DNA of 44,501 bases from a bacterium (GTDB lineage Bacteria > Arandabacterota > Arandabacteria > Arandabacterales > JALGWA01): the NCBI GenBank assembly GCA_050125095.1, contig JASFEA010000007.1, positions 1-44,501 on the forward strand. The letters are read 5' to 3'. Below, piece by piece: positions 28,516 through 39,721 of the stretch (position 1 is the stretch's first letter; each line of letters begins with the position of its first letter). Below the pieces are notes generated by a model that made no database searches, was not told the origin of the DNA, and saw only the letters and a list, made by a program, of their open reading frames with translations. A program made the translations under genes and the position numbers.

Positions 28516-29844
28516 TTATCTCTTCCTCAGCCTTGCGCCGAAGAGCCCGTCCACCCCGTGCACATGGGGCAGGGTCTGCATCATTCCACCTTTATAGACG
28601 ACCCCGGCCGGCACAAACCCGCTAATATCTTCGAGGTCGAGGCCGCCCGTCCCGGCGAGCAAGGCCTCCACCACCCGCTCATTCTCCTCCGGCTCTATGC
28701 TACACGTACTGTACACCAGAACGCCACCACTTTTGACCGCCGTGATGGCGCCTGAAAGCAGGTTCTTCTGATATGCCGCCATCCGCTCGATGTCCCGCTC
28801 GCGCTTGGTCCACCTCAAGTCCCACTTGCGCGCCAGGACGCCCAGGCCCGTGCACGGGGCGTCGAGTAGCACGGCGTCGGCGTCCCTCACAGGGGGCCTG
28901 GCGGCATCGGCGACGGCTATGCGAATGCCCTCATGCCCGAGCCTCGCGGCATTCTCCCTCACTTTGAGAAGCCTCTCGCCGACCAGGTCCGATGCGAGGA
29001 AGCGCCCCCTCCCGCCGGCGAGCTCGTAAAGATGCGTGATCTTGCCGCCCGGCGCGCTGCAGAGGCCGGCCACCGTCTGGCCGGGCTCCGGCGCCACCAG
29101 GTGGCCTATAAGCGTGGACGCGGCGTCCTGCACCTGGAAGAAGCCCCTCGTATACGCCTCGCTCGAGCCTATGGCGGCGGCCCCCCTCATGTAGAGATGT
29201 TGCGGCGCCAGCCTCTCCCGCTCGACGACGTCCGCGCCGTCCCGCGTGAGCAGGTCCTCAACCTCCTCGAGGTTCGACTTCAGCGTATTCACCCTGAGGC
29301 CAGTGAGGGGCACCCGGTTATTGGCCATGGCCAGAGCAATTGTATCGTCCGGGCCGTAGCGGCCGAGCCAGCGCCTGATGAGCCACGGCGGGTGGGAGTA
29401 CATAACCGAGATGTGCTTTTCGGGGTCTCGCTCCAGGTCGGGATAGGTTACACCGCCTGCCTCACGGAGGTAGGTTCTCAATATGGCGTTGACGTAACGC
29501 GCCTGGAAGGCGTCGCCCTCGGCCTTGGCTATACGCACGGCCTCATCGGTGACGCTGTAGGCGGGCACCTTGTCGAGAAACATGAGCTGGTATATCGACA
29601 TCCTGAGGATGTTCAGGATAACGGGTGAGACCACGCGCTTCTTGCGCGAGAAGTGCTTGACTACATGGTCGAGCCTGAGACGCCACTTGATGGTGCCGCT
29701 CACGAGCTGCGTCGCAAGCGCCCGGTCCCTGCGACCGGGCCTGTGTCTCTTAAGCAGCCGGTCAAGCAGCTCGTCGGGCTTGTGCTGTCCCGGGTATTCT
29801 ACGAGCACCTGGAGGGCGATCTCACGTGCGGACTTTCCTGGCAT
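28516..29844 (-). CDS. rsmB: 16S rRNA m5C967 methyltransferase (NusB domain + MTase)
   Basis: NusB-like N-terminus, SHPPW, VQDAAS, CSAPGGK, LLDAPCTGLG, VYSTCS; start ATG 29844 inferred. Confidence 0.95.
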   Translation of the reverse strand: MPGKSAREIALQVLVEYPGQHKPDELLDRLLKRHRPGRRDRALATQLVSGTIKWRLRLDHVVKHFSRKKRVVSPVILNILRMSIYQLMFLDKVPAYSVTDEAVRIAKAEGDAFQARYVNAILRTYLREAGGVTYPDLERDPEKHISVMYSHPPWLIRRWLGRYGPDDTIALAMANNRVPLTGLRVNTLKSNLEEVEDLLTRDGADVVERERLAPQHLYMRGAAAIGSSEAYTRGFFQVQDAASTLIGHLVAPEPGQTVAGLCSAPGGKITHLYELAGGRGRFLASDLVGERLLKVRENAARLGHEGIRIAVADAARPPVRDADAVLLDAPCTGLGVLARKWDLRWTKRERDIERMAAYQKNLLSGAITAVKSGGVLVYSTCSIEPEENERVVEALLAGTGGLDLEDISGFVPAGVVYKGGMMQTLPHVHGVDGLFGARLRKR

Positions 29845-30688
29845 TCTCACTCTCGTTGGCTGTCTTCCCCTCGCGCGCGTCCCCGCCTCCCTCAACCGGC
29901 GCCGGACTCCCGTGGCCGCTGCTCTTCAGAAACACCGTCACCGCCTCTTCCACTCTGCCAAGGTCAACGGTGGTGTTACGGCACGGGCCGAACGGCCGCT
30001 CGTTCAAGACCCCCATCACGGGAATGGGATAAGCGTCCTGGATGCCGCTCGTCAGATCCCGCTCGCACGCCACGCCCACTATGGCCCTCGGCCTGGTCTC
30101 GACGATGACTCTTCGCGCGAGCGTGCCGCCGGTGGCTATGGACATCTTGATGCCGTACTTATCGCACAGCTCGATAAGCCCGCTTATCTCGCACTTGCCG
30201 CAGAGCCTGCAGTTCCTCACCTCCGAGGTCACCCGGTGGGGGCAATCGAAACTCTGCAGGCAATGGGGCAAGAGGAGAAGAAGGCGGTCGCCGGGTATGA
30301 GCCGGGCCGACGCCCTGACGAGGGCGTTATTCATGGCTATGAAGGAGCCGCGCACGGCGTCGGGGCTTATCCTGACGAGCCTCCCGATGGCAAGCGCCAG
30401 CGGAAAGAGTATCTTAACCGTGAGCTTCTTGCCCGAGAGAAGGTCGCGCTGCGCGTAAGACGACACCACAATGAGGAGAAACGCGGTCGCGACGGCCAGA
30501 TAAAACCCCAGGAGCCCGAGCCCGACTATGAGCGGCAGGCTGGAGTGAAGCGCGTCCAGTCTGGGCTGCGTGAGGTACCAGAATCCGGTCAGGGCCAGGC
30601 CGAGCACCACAATGCCGGCCAGTGAGAGCCAGATGAAGAGGTTCTTGTCCCGGGAAGCGACACCATGGCTTTCAGGCAAAGTGCTCAC
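29822..30688 (-). CDS. DUF116-domain membrane protein
   Basis: LLLLPHCLQ..C..CRLCGKC..ATGGTLAR..VACERDL..GPC; GTG start overlapping the fmt end; canonical fmt-rsmB position. Confidence 0.88.
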   Translation of the reverse strand: MSTLPESHGVASRDKNLFIWLSLAGIVVLGLALTGFWYLTQPRLDALHSSLPLIVGLGLLGFYLAVATAFLLIVVSSYAQRDLLSGKKLTVKILFPLALAIGRLVRISPDAVRGSFIAMNNALVRASARLIPGDRLLLLLPHCLQSFDCPHRVTSEVRNCRLCGKCEISGLIELCDKYGIKMSIATGGTLARRVIVETRPRAIVGVACERDLTSGIQDAYPIPVMGVLNERPFGPCRNTTVDLGRVEEAVTVFLKSSGHGSPAPVEGGGDAREGKTANESENARKVRT

Positions 30689-31637
30689 CTCGCTTGAGTC
30701 GCGCGCCCCTCGAGAATGCGGCCCCGCCGGCCGGTTTCCTGCCGGCCGCCTGCACCGTGAGGAGCCAGACGCAGCCGTCGCCGCATGCCAGGAGAATACC
30801 ATTTTCATCCTGTATGTCTAATATGGTTCCCGGCTCCGGGCCGCCCCCGGCGCCACCGCCCCCGGCCATACCGGGTATCGCCAGGGGTCCCAGCCTGGAC
30901 TCGAGTATCTTGACTGTGCCGCCCCTGAAGCGCGTAAAAGCTCCCGGCCAGGGGTTCACGCCCCTTATATGGTTATGTACCGTGCGCGCCGGCCTGTCCC
31001 AGGCTATCTCGGCGTCATCCCTGGTCAGCTTCGGCGCATAGGTGGCGAGCGAGTCGTCCTGGCTGAGTCGCGGCGCTTCGCCCCGCGCGATGAGGTCGCA
31101 AGTCTCGACGACCGCGCCGGCCCCGAGGTCGGCAAGCCTTTCGTAAAGCTCGCCTGCGGTCTCGTTCTCGCCGATTGCGGTCTTCTTCTGCACTATCATC
31201 TCGCCCGTATCAACGCCCTTTTCCATGAAGAAAGTGGTGACGCCCGTTTGGGTTTCGCCGTTGATTACGGCCCAGTTAATGGGAGCGACGCCCCGGTACC
31301 TGGGGAGAAGCGAGGCATGAAGGTTGACGCATCCCCTCGACGGGAGCCCGAGGCTCCTCGATTTGAAGATCCTGCCGTAGGCGGCGGTGATGATGAGGTC
31401 CGGCCCCAGGCTTTCGAGCTCGTCTAAGAACTCGCGCCTGTTGAATTTGGGGGGCTGGTAGATCTTCAGGCCGTTCGCCTCGGCGAACTTCTTGACCGGA
31501 GGCGACCTGAGCGAAAGGCCTCTACCGGCGGGACGGTCGGGCTGGGTTATGACGCAGACCACCTCGTGGCCGGAATCGAGAAGAGCCCGCAAGCTGGGGA
31601 CGGCAAAAGCGGGAGTTCCGGCGAATGCAATCCTCAT
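30672..31637 (-). CDS. fmt: Methionyl-tRNA formyltransferase
   Basis: FAGTPAFA, TQPDRPAGRG, NLHASLLPRYRG, DTG, PWPGA. Confidence 0.97.
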   Translation of the reverse strand: MRIAFAGTPAFAVPSLRALLDSGHEVVCVITQPDRPAGRGLSLRSPPVKKFAEANGLKIYQPPKFNRREFLDELESLGPDLIITAAYGRIFKSRSLGLPSRGCVNLHASLLPRYRGVAPINWAVINGETQTGVTTFFMEKGVDTGEMIVQKKTAIGENETAGELYERLADLGAGAVVETCDLIARGEAPRLSQDDSLATYAPKLTRDDAEIAWDRPARTVHNHIRGVNPWPGAFTRFRGGTVKILESRLGPLAIPGMAGGGGAGGGPEPGTILDIQDENGILLACGDGCVWLLTVQAAGRKPAGGAAFSRGARLKRGEHFA

Positions 31638-32161
31638 CGCAGAGATTTCAGGAGCTCCTTGGCTTGCTTCCTGATGGCGCCCAGTTTGCCCTTGAGAAGA
31701 CCTTTCTTCACCATGCCGAGCTTGTCTACGAACAAGACGCCGTTGAGGTGATCGATCTCATGGCAGAACGCCCTGGCGATCATGCCGCTGGCCTCGACGG
31801 TGATCTTCTCACCGGCCTCGTTGAGACCGGTCACCACGACGCTCTGGGGGCGCTTGATCTTCTCATATATCCCGGGGATGCTGAGACAGCCCTCTTCGGC
31901 CATCTCCTCCCCGCATGCCGATACAATCTCAGGATTGACCAGGGCGAGGTACCTGGCCCTCTCACCCGGCTCTTCCATGACGACTATGACTCTCCTCGCG
32001 ACGCCGATCTGCGGGGCCGCCAGGCCCAGGCCCTCCGCCTTGACCACAGAGTCGATGAGGTTTGCTATCAGTTCCCGGACATCTTCGTCCATACCGGCCA
32101 CCGGGGCGCACTCCTCCCTCAGGACGGGGTCTCCGTATAGCCTTATCGGCTGTGGTGCCAT
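31634..32161 (-). CDS. def: Peptide deformylase
   Basis: GLGLAAPQIG, EGCLS, HEIDHLNG. Confidence 0.97.
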   Translation of the reverse strand: MAPQPIRLYGDPVLREECAPVAGMDEDVRELIANLIDSVVKAEGLGLAAPQIGVARRVIVVMEEPGERARYLALVNPEIVSACGEEMAEEGCLSIPGIYEKIKRPQSVVVTGLNEAGEKITVEASGMIARAFCHEIDHLNGVLFVDKLGMVKKGLLKGKLGAIRKQAKELLKSLR

Positions 32162-32171
32162 AGCGCTTTCC

Positions 32172-32492
32172 CTAGCCCTTGGTGATGATGCCCGATATGG
32201 AAGACTTGGCGAACTCCGCCTTGACGTCATCGGCTATCTTGAGGACGACGACGTTCTCCTTGACGCCGACGACGGTGCCGTAAAGCCCTCCCGAGGTCAC
32301 CACGCGGTCTCCCTTACTGATACGGTCCAGCATATTCTGATGCTCCTTCTGACGCTTCTGCTGCGGCCTTATTAGCAGGAAGTAGAATATCACGAATATG
32401 AGTATTATGGGCAGAAACGTCAGAATCGGGTTGCCGCCCCCACCACCGCCCTGGGCCAGAATGCTCGCAGCCGCGTTGAGAATCAGGAACAT
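32172..32492 (-). CDS. yajC: Preprotein translocase subunit YajC
   Basis: FYFLLIRPQQKRQK..GDRVVTSGGLYG. Confidence 0.95.
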   Translation of the reverse strand: MFLILNAAASILAQGGGGGGNPILTFLPIILIFVIFYFLLIRPQQKRQKEHQNMLDRISKGDRVVTSGGLYGTVVGVKENVVVLKIADDVKAEFAKSSISGIITKG

Positions 32493-32506
32493 ATGCGCAC
32501 CTCCCG

Positions 32507-33643
<1,137 letters not shown>

Positions 33644-34699
33644 CTATGTAATCAGCATGGCGTCGCCATATGAATAGAAACGGTACTTTTCCCTGATCGC
33701 CTCTTCGTAAGCATTTAACACAAACTCGCGGCCCGCGAAAGCGCAAACCAGCATCAAGAGCGTGGAGCGCGGCAGGTGGAAGTTGGTGATGAGCGCGTTC
33801 ACCAGCCGGAACTCATAAGGCGGGTATATGAACTTATATGTCCACCCCGAGGCGGCCTCTAACGCCGCCACGCCCCTCTCGCCCGGCGCGAAACGGTCGG
33901 CGAGCGTCTCCAGTACGCGCACCGACGTCGTGCCCACGGCGAATATGCGCCTTCCCTCCCGCCGCGCCGCGCTGATGGCCGCGGCGGTCTGAGCGCCCAC
34001 TTCGAAGTACTCGGGCTCGAGGGCATGCTCCCCGGGCGTCTCGGTCTTTACGGGTATGAATGTCCCCATGCCCACATGCAGGGTTATGCCTGCCACTTTG
34101 ACGCCGCCTGCCTCGAGCTCGGCGATGAGAGCCGGCGTGAAATGGAGGCCCGCCGTGGGGGCGGCAACCGACCCCTCCTCCCGGGCGTACACGGTCTGGT
34201 ACCTCTCTTCATCCTGGGGCACCGGGGCGCGCTTTATGTAGGGGGGAAGCGGCACCTCGCCGCGTTCTCTTAAGAATGCGCGCATGTCGGGCACGTTGAC
34301 GCGCACGAGCCGCATGGACCCTGTGAGCCGCCGTACCACCTCGGCCGACTCGCCCGTCTCGAAGTCGAGCTCGGTGCCCTCATGCACCCTCCTCGAAGGA
34401 GACACAAGCGCCTGCCACAGGCCGTCCTCGGTCTCCCTCAGGAAAAGAAGCTCCACCTTCCCGCCTGTGCCCCGCTTCCGCGCGTCAAGGCGCGCCTTGA
34501 TTACGCGGGTGTCGTTGACCACCAGAAGGTCGCCCTCCCCCAGGTAGCCCGTGACTTCATGGAAGACGCGGTGGGAGATCCCGCCGGTGGCGCGGTCGAG
34601 CACGAGGAGCCTGGATTCCTCCCGCCTGGCGGACGGGTGGTAGGCTATGTAGCCCTCCGGGAGCAGGTAGTCGAAATCGCCGGTGGTGAGATCTGTCAT
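33644..34699 (-). CDS. queA: SAM:tRNA ribosyltransferase-isomerase
   Basis: NDTRVIKARL, PLPPYI, YQTVYA, AAPTAGLHF, VGTTSVR, TNFHLPRSTL, YRFYSYGDAM. Confidence 0.97.
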   Translation of the reverse strand: MTDLTTGDFDYLLPEGYIAYHPSARREESRLLVLDRATGGISHRVFHEVTGYLGEGDLLVVNDTRVIKARLDARKRGTGGKVELLFLRETEDGLWQALVSPSRRVHEGTELDFETGESAEVVRRLTGSMRLVRVNVPDMRAFLRERGEVPLPPYIKRAPVPQDEERYQTVYAREEGSVAAPTAGLHFTPALIAELEAGGVKVAGITLHVGMGTFIPVKTETPGEHALEPEYFEVGAQTAAAISAARREGRRIFAVGTTSVRVLETLADRFAPGERGVAALEAASGWTYKFIYPPYEFRLVNALITNFHLPRSTLLMLVCAFAGREFVLNAYEEAIREKYRFYSYGDAMLIT

Positions 34700-34702
34700 G
34701 GC

Positions 34703-35779
34703 TCAGGAGCCGAAGAGGGTCTGTTCGTCGCCTCCGCGGCCGATGCCGAAGTGCTTCTGCGCCAGCTCGGTGGCGACCCTGCCGCGGGGTGTCCTCTCGA
34801 TGAAGCCCTCCTGCACGAGGTAGGGCTCGTAAATCTCCTCTATTGTCTCGCCCTCTTCCCCGACTGCGGTGGCCAGCGTGCCGATGCCCACCGGGCCGCC
34901 GCCGAATTTGCCTATGATGGTCGTGAGTATGCGCTTGTCCATGTCATCGAGCCCCCGCTCATCGACCTCCAGGGCGTCGAGGGCCAGGGTAACCACCGGC
35001 TTGGTTATCCTTCCGTCGGCCTTGATCTGGGCGAAATCGCGGACCCGCCTTAAGAGCCTGTTGGCGATCCTGGGAGTACCCCTCGAGCGGCGCGCGATCT
35101 CATAGGCTCCGTCCTCCTCTATCTCGACCTCCAGAATACCCGCAGAGCGTTTGACGATGGTCTTGAGGTCCTCCGCGGGGTAGAAGTCTATTCTCGCGAC
35201 GACGCCGAAGCGCGCCCGCATGGGCGATGTGATCATGCCGGCGCGGGTCGTCGCGCCTATGAGCGTGAACTTGTCCAGATTGAGTTTGATAGACCTCGCG
35301 CTGGGGCCCCGGTCCAGCATGATGTCCAGAGTGTAGTCTTCCATCGCAGGGTAGAGGTATTCCTCGACGATATGATTCAGCCGGTGCACTTCGTCTATGA
35401 AGAGCACGCTGCGCTCCTTAAGATTGGTGAGCACCCCGGCGAGGTCGCCCGCCTTCTCAATCACAGGGCCCGAAGTGGCAGTCAGGGCAACGCCCATCTC
35501 ATAGGCGCAGATATTGGCGAGCGTGGTCTTGCCCAGGCCCGGGGGGCCGTAGAAGAGCACGTGGTCCAGGGCCTCGCCGCGCTTCCTGGCGGCCTCTATG
35601 AATATCTTGAGATTGTCCTTGAGCTTCTCATGACCGATGAACTCGTCGAAGTTCCTTGGCCTTAAGGTCTTATCGAGCTCGCGCTCGTCTTCATAGGGCT
35701 CCGGGCTGGTGACGCCCCGCGGCTCTTTGAACTCCGGGACGCGCGGCCTCCGCTGTCTTCTAGGTATGTCTGAGGGCAC
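34703..35779 (-). CDS. ruvB: Holliday junction branch migration ATPase
   Basis: [43 protein letters not shown]. Confidence 0.98.
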   Translation of the reverse strand: MPSDIPRRQRRPRVPEFKEPRGVTSPEPYEDERELDKTLRPRNFDEFIGHEKLKDNLKIFIEAARKRGEALDHVLFYGPPGLGKTTLANICAYEMGVALTATSGPVIEKAGDLAGVLTNLKERSVLFIDEVHRLNHIVEEYLYPAMEDYTLDIMLDRGPSARSIKLNLDKFTLIGATTRAGMITSPMRARFGVVARIDFYPAEDLKTIVKRSAGILEVEIEEDGAYEIARRSRGTPRIANRLLRRVRDFAQIKADGRITKPVVTLALDALEVDERGLDDMDKRILTTIIGKFGGGPVGIGTLATAVGEEGETIEEIYEPYLVQEGFIERTPRGRVATELAQKHFGIGRGGDEQTLFGS

Positions 35780-36353
35780 TTCTCACCAACTCCTCCACGC
35801 AGGGTTTGCCGTCACATTCGCCCGCCGCCTTCTCAACCGCCTTCTTGGATGTCGACCGCGTGAAGCCGAGGGCCATCAGGGCCTCTATGGCTTCGCGCGT
35901 GCCGGTATCGGCGGCCGCAACGCCGCCGCCAACCGCTACGAGCACTTCCTCATCCGCAATTCTGCCTTTTAGCTCCACTATGAGACGCTGGGCGGTCTTC
36001 TTGCCTATACCCGGAATGATCGTGAGCTCTTCGACCTGCTCGCGCACTATGGCGTCGCAGAAACCGTCGACGTTCGCGCCCGACAGTATGCCCAGCGCGA
36101 GGCGCGGGCCCACCCCGGAGACCGAGATGAGCATCTTGAATACCTGCCGCTCCCTTTCGCTGGCGAAACCGTAGAGCTGCTGCGCGTCCTCTCTGACGTG
36201 ATGATGCGTATGTATCATGACATCGTCCCCGACCCGGGGCAGCGAGTCGAAGCTCGACAGCGGGATCATGATCTCGTAGCCGACGCCGGCCGCCTCTATG
36301 ACGATCCTGGCCGGCGACTTCTCAGCGAGAATACCTCTTATGTAGGATATCAA
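35760..36353 (-). CDS. ruvA: Holliday junction binding protein
   Basis: [41 protein letters not shown]. Confidence 0.97.
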   Translation of the reverse strand: MISYIRGILAEKSPARIVIEAAGVGYEIMIPLSSFDSLPRVGDDVMIHTHHHVREDAQQLYGFASERERQVFKMLISVSGVGPRLALGILSGANVDGFCDAIVREQVEELTIIPGIGKKTAQRLIVELKGRIADEEVLVAVGGGVAAADTGTREAIEALMALGFTRSTSKKAVEKAAGECDGKPCVEELVRSALRHT

Positions 36354-36834
36354 CAGGCGACCCCTCTTCTGCCATCCTGTGTATGTGGGTTATGGCCACT
36401 GCCAGCGCGTCCGACTCGTCCTCCGACACGTCCTCGGCAAGCCCGAGCAGCGCCGCCACCATGAACTTCACCTGGTCCTTTGACGCGTTTCCGTTCCCGA
36501 CCACCGCCCGCTTGATCTCGCGCGGGGCGTACTCGGCGACGCCTATGCCGCTGAGCGCGCCCGCGAGAAGCGCAACGCCTCTGACATGGCCCAGCTTGAG
36601 CGCTACGCGCGGGTTGGCCTTCACGAAAACGTCTTCAACCGCAATCTCATCGGGGCCGTACTCGGCGACCACGCGCCGCAGCCCCTCGTATATGAACTTG
36701 AGCTTCTCGTGGAACGGGATTCCAGGGGGCGGACAAAGGGCGCCAGAATGCACGAAGAAGACCCGGTCACCCCGTCCCTCGACGACCGCGTAGCCTGTTC
36801 TCCTGGTGCCGGGATCGACTCCGATAACGATCAT
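36322..36834 (-). CDS. ruvC: Holliday junction resolvase
   Basis: IGVDPG, AVED, LGHVRGV, GNGNASKDQV, DESDALAVA. Confidence 0.97.
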   Translation of the reverse strand: MIVIGVDPGTRRTGYAVVEGRGDRVFFVHSGALCPPPGIPFHEKLKFIYEGLRRVVAEYGPDEIAVEDVFVKANPRVALKLGHVRGVALLAGALSGIGVAEYAPREIKRAVVGNGNASKDQVKFMVAALLGLAEDVSEDESDALAVAITHIHRMAEEGSPVDILHKRYSR

Positions 36835-36838
36835 CGGC

Positions 36839-37591
36839 CTACTCTTCGCTTAGTTCCTCCATGACTTCATCGGGCACGTCGAAGTTGGCAAAGACCTTCT
36901 GGATGTCGTCATGGTCCTCAAGCAGGTCCATTATCCTTAAGATCTGCCCCGCCTGCTTTCCTTCCACCTTGACCGTGGTCTGGGGATTGCGCGTGAGCTC
37001 GGCGCTCGAGTACGCTATGCCCTTTTCGTCGAATGCCTTCTTTACCTTGTCGAAATCCTTGGGAGCGGTCACGACTTCGAAGTATTCCGTCTCCGCAATA
37101 ACGTCCTCGGCGCCCGCCTCGAGAGCAGCGGCCATGACCTCGTCCTCGCCCGCCTTGTCCCTGTCCACTATGATGGAGCCCTGCTGGTTGAACATCCATG
37201 AAACGCAGCCGACCTCGCCCAGGTGGCCGCCGTGCTTGGTTAGGATATGGCGGATCTCCGAGGTCGTGCGGTTCTTGTTGTCCGTCAGGGTCTCCACCAT
37301 GATGGCCACCCCCGCCGGCCCGTACCCTTCGTAGGAATGCTCCTCATAGTTCACGCCGGGAAGCTCGCCCGTTCCCCTCTTGATGGCCTTCTCGACATTG
37401 GCCGTCGGCATATTGGCGGCTTTGGCCGAATCGATGGCGGTCCTCAACCTCGGGTTCGCCGACGGGTCGCCGCCTCCGTCCTTCGCGGCCACCGTGATTT
37501 CGCGAATGATCTTGGTAAAGATCCTCCCGCGCTGGGCGTCGGCCTTGCCCTTCTTACGCTTGATGGTACTCCACTTTGAATGTCCGGACAT
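36839..37591 (-). CDS. yebC: YebC/PmpR family protein
   Basis: [44 protein letters not shown]. Confidence 0.97.
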   Translation of the reverse strand: MSGHSKWSTIKRKKGKADAQRGRIFTKIIREITVAAKDGGGDPSANPRLRTAIDSAKAANMPTANVEKAIKRGTGELPGVNYEEHSYEGYGPAGVAIMVETLTDNKNRTTSEIRHILTKHGGHLGEVGCVSWMFNQQGSIIVDRDKAGEDEVMAAALEAGAEDVIAETEYFEVVTAPKDFDKVKKAFDEKGIAYSSAELTRNPQTTVKVEGKQAGQILRIMDLLEDHDDIQKVFANFDVPDEVMEELSEE

Positions 37592-37657
37592 ACTTTTTCA
37601 CCTCATCTCCCGGACAATAGATACCATAATTGCACGCCCTAAGTCAATATAACTGGT

Positions 37658-37855
37658 GGGGTCAGGTCTTGAAATGCACAATTGCCGGGGTCAAACTGCA
37701 GGGTCAGACTGCAGGGGTTAGGCCTCAGAATGCACAACACGCTCATCGCGGACGTGGAGGCGTCCCGCCCAGGCTTCGTGTTGCAAAGAAGCCAATGGCG
37801 GAATGCCAAGCAAGCCGCATGAGACTGGCCACTGTGCATTTCAAGACCTGACCCC
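37658..37855. mobile_element. Non-autonomous REP/REPIN- or MITE-like element with 23-bp perfect inverted repeats
   Basis: ggggtcaggtcttgaaatgcaca (37658-37680) is the exact reverse complement of tgtgcatttcaagacctgacccc (37833-37855); degenerate internal copies; intergenic; no transposase in the window. Confidence 0.65.
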
Positions 37856-37906
37856 CAAAATGCACAGCCCCGGGCCCCAATCGGAGGGTGATCCGGGCCC
37901 GGAGCC

Positions 37907-39721
37907 TTAAGATTCTGACTGGTGGCGGCCCACGGCCTCTTCAAGAGCGATCCGGCGGTAGACCCTGGTGTAAACGCCGCCGCGCCCCATGAGGTCGGCG
38001 TGCTTCCCCCGTTCCACGATCCTGCCCTCATCGAGAACGATGATGTCGTCCACCAGCTCCAGGGTGGCCGGGCGATGCGTGATTATGAAGCACGTGAGCT
38101 CGGGCATCACCTCATGCAGCCTGTCCCAGAGGGCGGCTTCCGTCCTCGCGTCCAGGGCGGACGTGCAGTCGTCCAGGATGAGGATCTTGGGCCTGCCGGC
38201 GAGCGCCCTCGCCAGCGCGAGCCTCTGTTTCTGGCCGCCCGATATGGACATCCCCCTTACACCGATCTCGGTATCAAGGCCCCTGGGGAAGGAATCCACC
38301 TCCTCCTTGAGCTGGGAGACCTCCACGGCCCAGGCGATGGTCTCGTCGTCCACTCCCTCGCGCCCGAACCGGATATTGTTCTCCACCGTATCCGAGAACA
38401 GAATCGGCTCCTGCGGAACGTACCCGATGGAGTCTCTCACCGATCCGATGTCGTAGTCCCTCAGGTCCACGCCGTCCACCCTGACGCTTCCCTCCATTGG
38501 ATCGACAAGCCGCGGGATCAGCCGGACCGCCCAGCTCTTTCCCGACCCCACGCGGCCCACCAGCGAGACGCGCTCCCCGGGCACCACCTTGAAGGAGATG
38601 TCGCTTAAGATGTCCCTCTCATGGCCGGGGAAGCGGAACGTCACGCCCTCGAACTCGACCTCGCCGCGCGGAACGTCCTTTTCCCCCTCCCTCGCCTCGG
38701 CGGGGTCGATCATGGGGCTATGATCCTCAAGCTCTTCGAGCCTGCGAACAGAAACAGCCGCCCTGCGCCCCTTGACGAGGAAGTTGCCCACATCGAACAT
38801 GGGGTAAATAAGAAACATGACGTACGATTCGAAAGCGATGAACTCGCCTATTGACAGCGTCCCCCTGATGACATAATAGCCGCCGGCAAGAAGCACTATC
38901 ACGATGCCGAGCTGCCAGACGTACATCCACAGCGACTCGATAATGGTATGAGTCCTAACCGCGGCCACCTCGGCGGCGCGGCGCTTCTCCGCCGCGTCGG
39001 CGAAGCGTCGCTTCTGGTCCTCCTCGCGCACATATGCCTTGATGACGCGTATCCCGGAGAAACACGCCTCCATGGCGTCATTCACGGCGGATATCTGCTT
39101 CTGCAGGAAATCGAACCGCCTGTCCAGGAGCGACGAGCTTCTCATGTAGATGAACACCAGCACGGGAAGCGGCCCGGCCGTCCAGAGAGTCAGCATCGGG
39201 TTTATCGAGAGCATCATCACAAGGCTGAACAGTATGAGCGTCAACGATTCGTAGCAGCGGAAGATCCCGCTGCAGGCGAACCATGCCAGCTTCCCCTCCG
39301 AAACGTCGTCGGTGAGCCTGGTCACCAGATCGCCGGTCTTGAACTTGTTGAAGAAGTCCGGCCCCTTGGTGGTGATGTCGCTGAACGCGCGCTGCCTGAA
39401 CTCCCACTCGAGCGTGATGTTCATGTACGCGCGGTGTCCCACGAGGACCGAGCGCACCACGAATCCCCCCAGCCCGAAGAGAATCAGCATAACGACGTAA
39501 TTCGCCACCCGTCCCTGGCCCAGATACTCGATGGACTCGCTCAGGAAAGCGAGGCTGGTGGGCTTGGTCTCACCTGACTCCAGAATATCGAATATGTTCT
39601 TTAAGAGGATGGGCCGCACCACCAAAAATCCGCTCGATACGAACGAAAGCGTCAGCAGCGTCGTAAGCGCGCGCTTGTGATGCCTGTAGTAGCGCCAGAA
39701 CCATCTCAGGTATTTCATCAT
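37907..39721 (-). CDS. ABC exporter, fused TMD-NBD subunit with degenerate Walker B
   Basis: TGDLVTRLTDD, GRVGSGKS, ISGGQKQR, ILILDDCTSALD (Asp in place of the catalytic Glu), THR. Confidence 0.93.
   Translation of the reverse strand: MMKYLRWFWRYYRHHKRALTTLLTLSFVSSGFLVVRPILLKNIFDILESGETKPTSLAFLSESIEYLGQGRVANYVVMLILFGLGGFVVRSVLVGHRAYMNITLEWEFRQRAFSDITTKGPDFFNKFKTGDLVTRLTDDVSEGKLAWFACSGIFRCYESLTLILFSLVMMLSINPMLTLWTAGPLPVLVFIYMRSSSLLDRRFDFLQKQISAVNDAMEACFSGIRVIKAYVREEDQKRRFADAAEKRRAAEVAAVRTHTIIESLWMYVWQLGIVIVLLAGGYYVIRGTLSIGEFIAFESYVMFLIYPMFDVGNFLVKGRRAAVSVRRLEELEDHSPMIDPAEAREGEKDVPRGEVEFEGVTFRFPGHERDILSDISFKVVPGERVSLVGRVGSGKSWAVRLIPRLVDPMEGSVRVDGVDLRDYDIGSVRDSIGYVPQEPILFSDTVENNIRFGREGVDDETIAWAVEVSQLKEEVDSFPRGLDTEIGVRGMSISGGQKQRLALARALAGRPKILILDDCTSALDARTEAALWDRLHEVMPELTCFIITHRPATLELVDDIIVLDEGRIVERGKHADLMGRGGVYTRVYRRIALEEAVGRHQSES

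Noticed and set aside
37658-37855. Possible CRISPR array
   Set aside because: Main repeats are inverted, direct copies are degenerate with no regular spacers, and there are no cas genes
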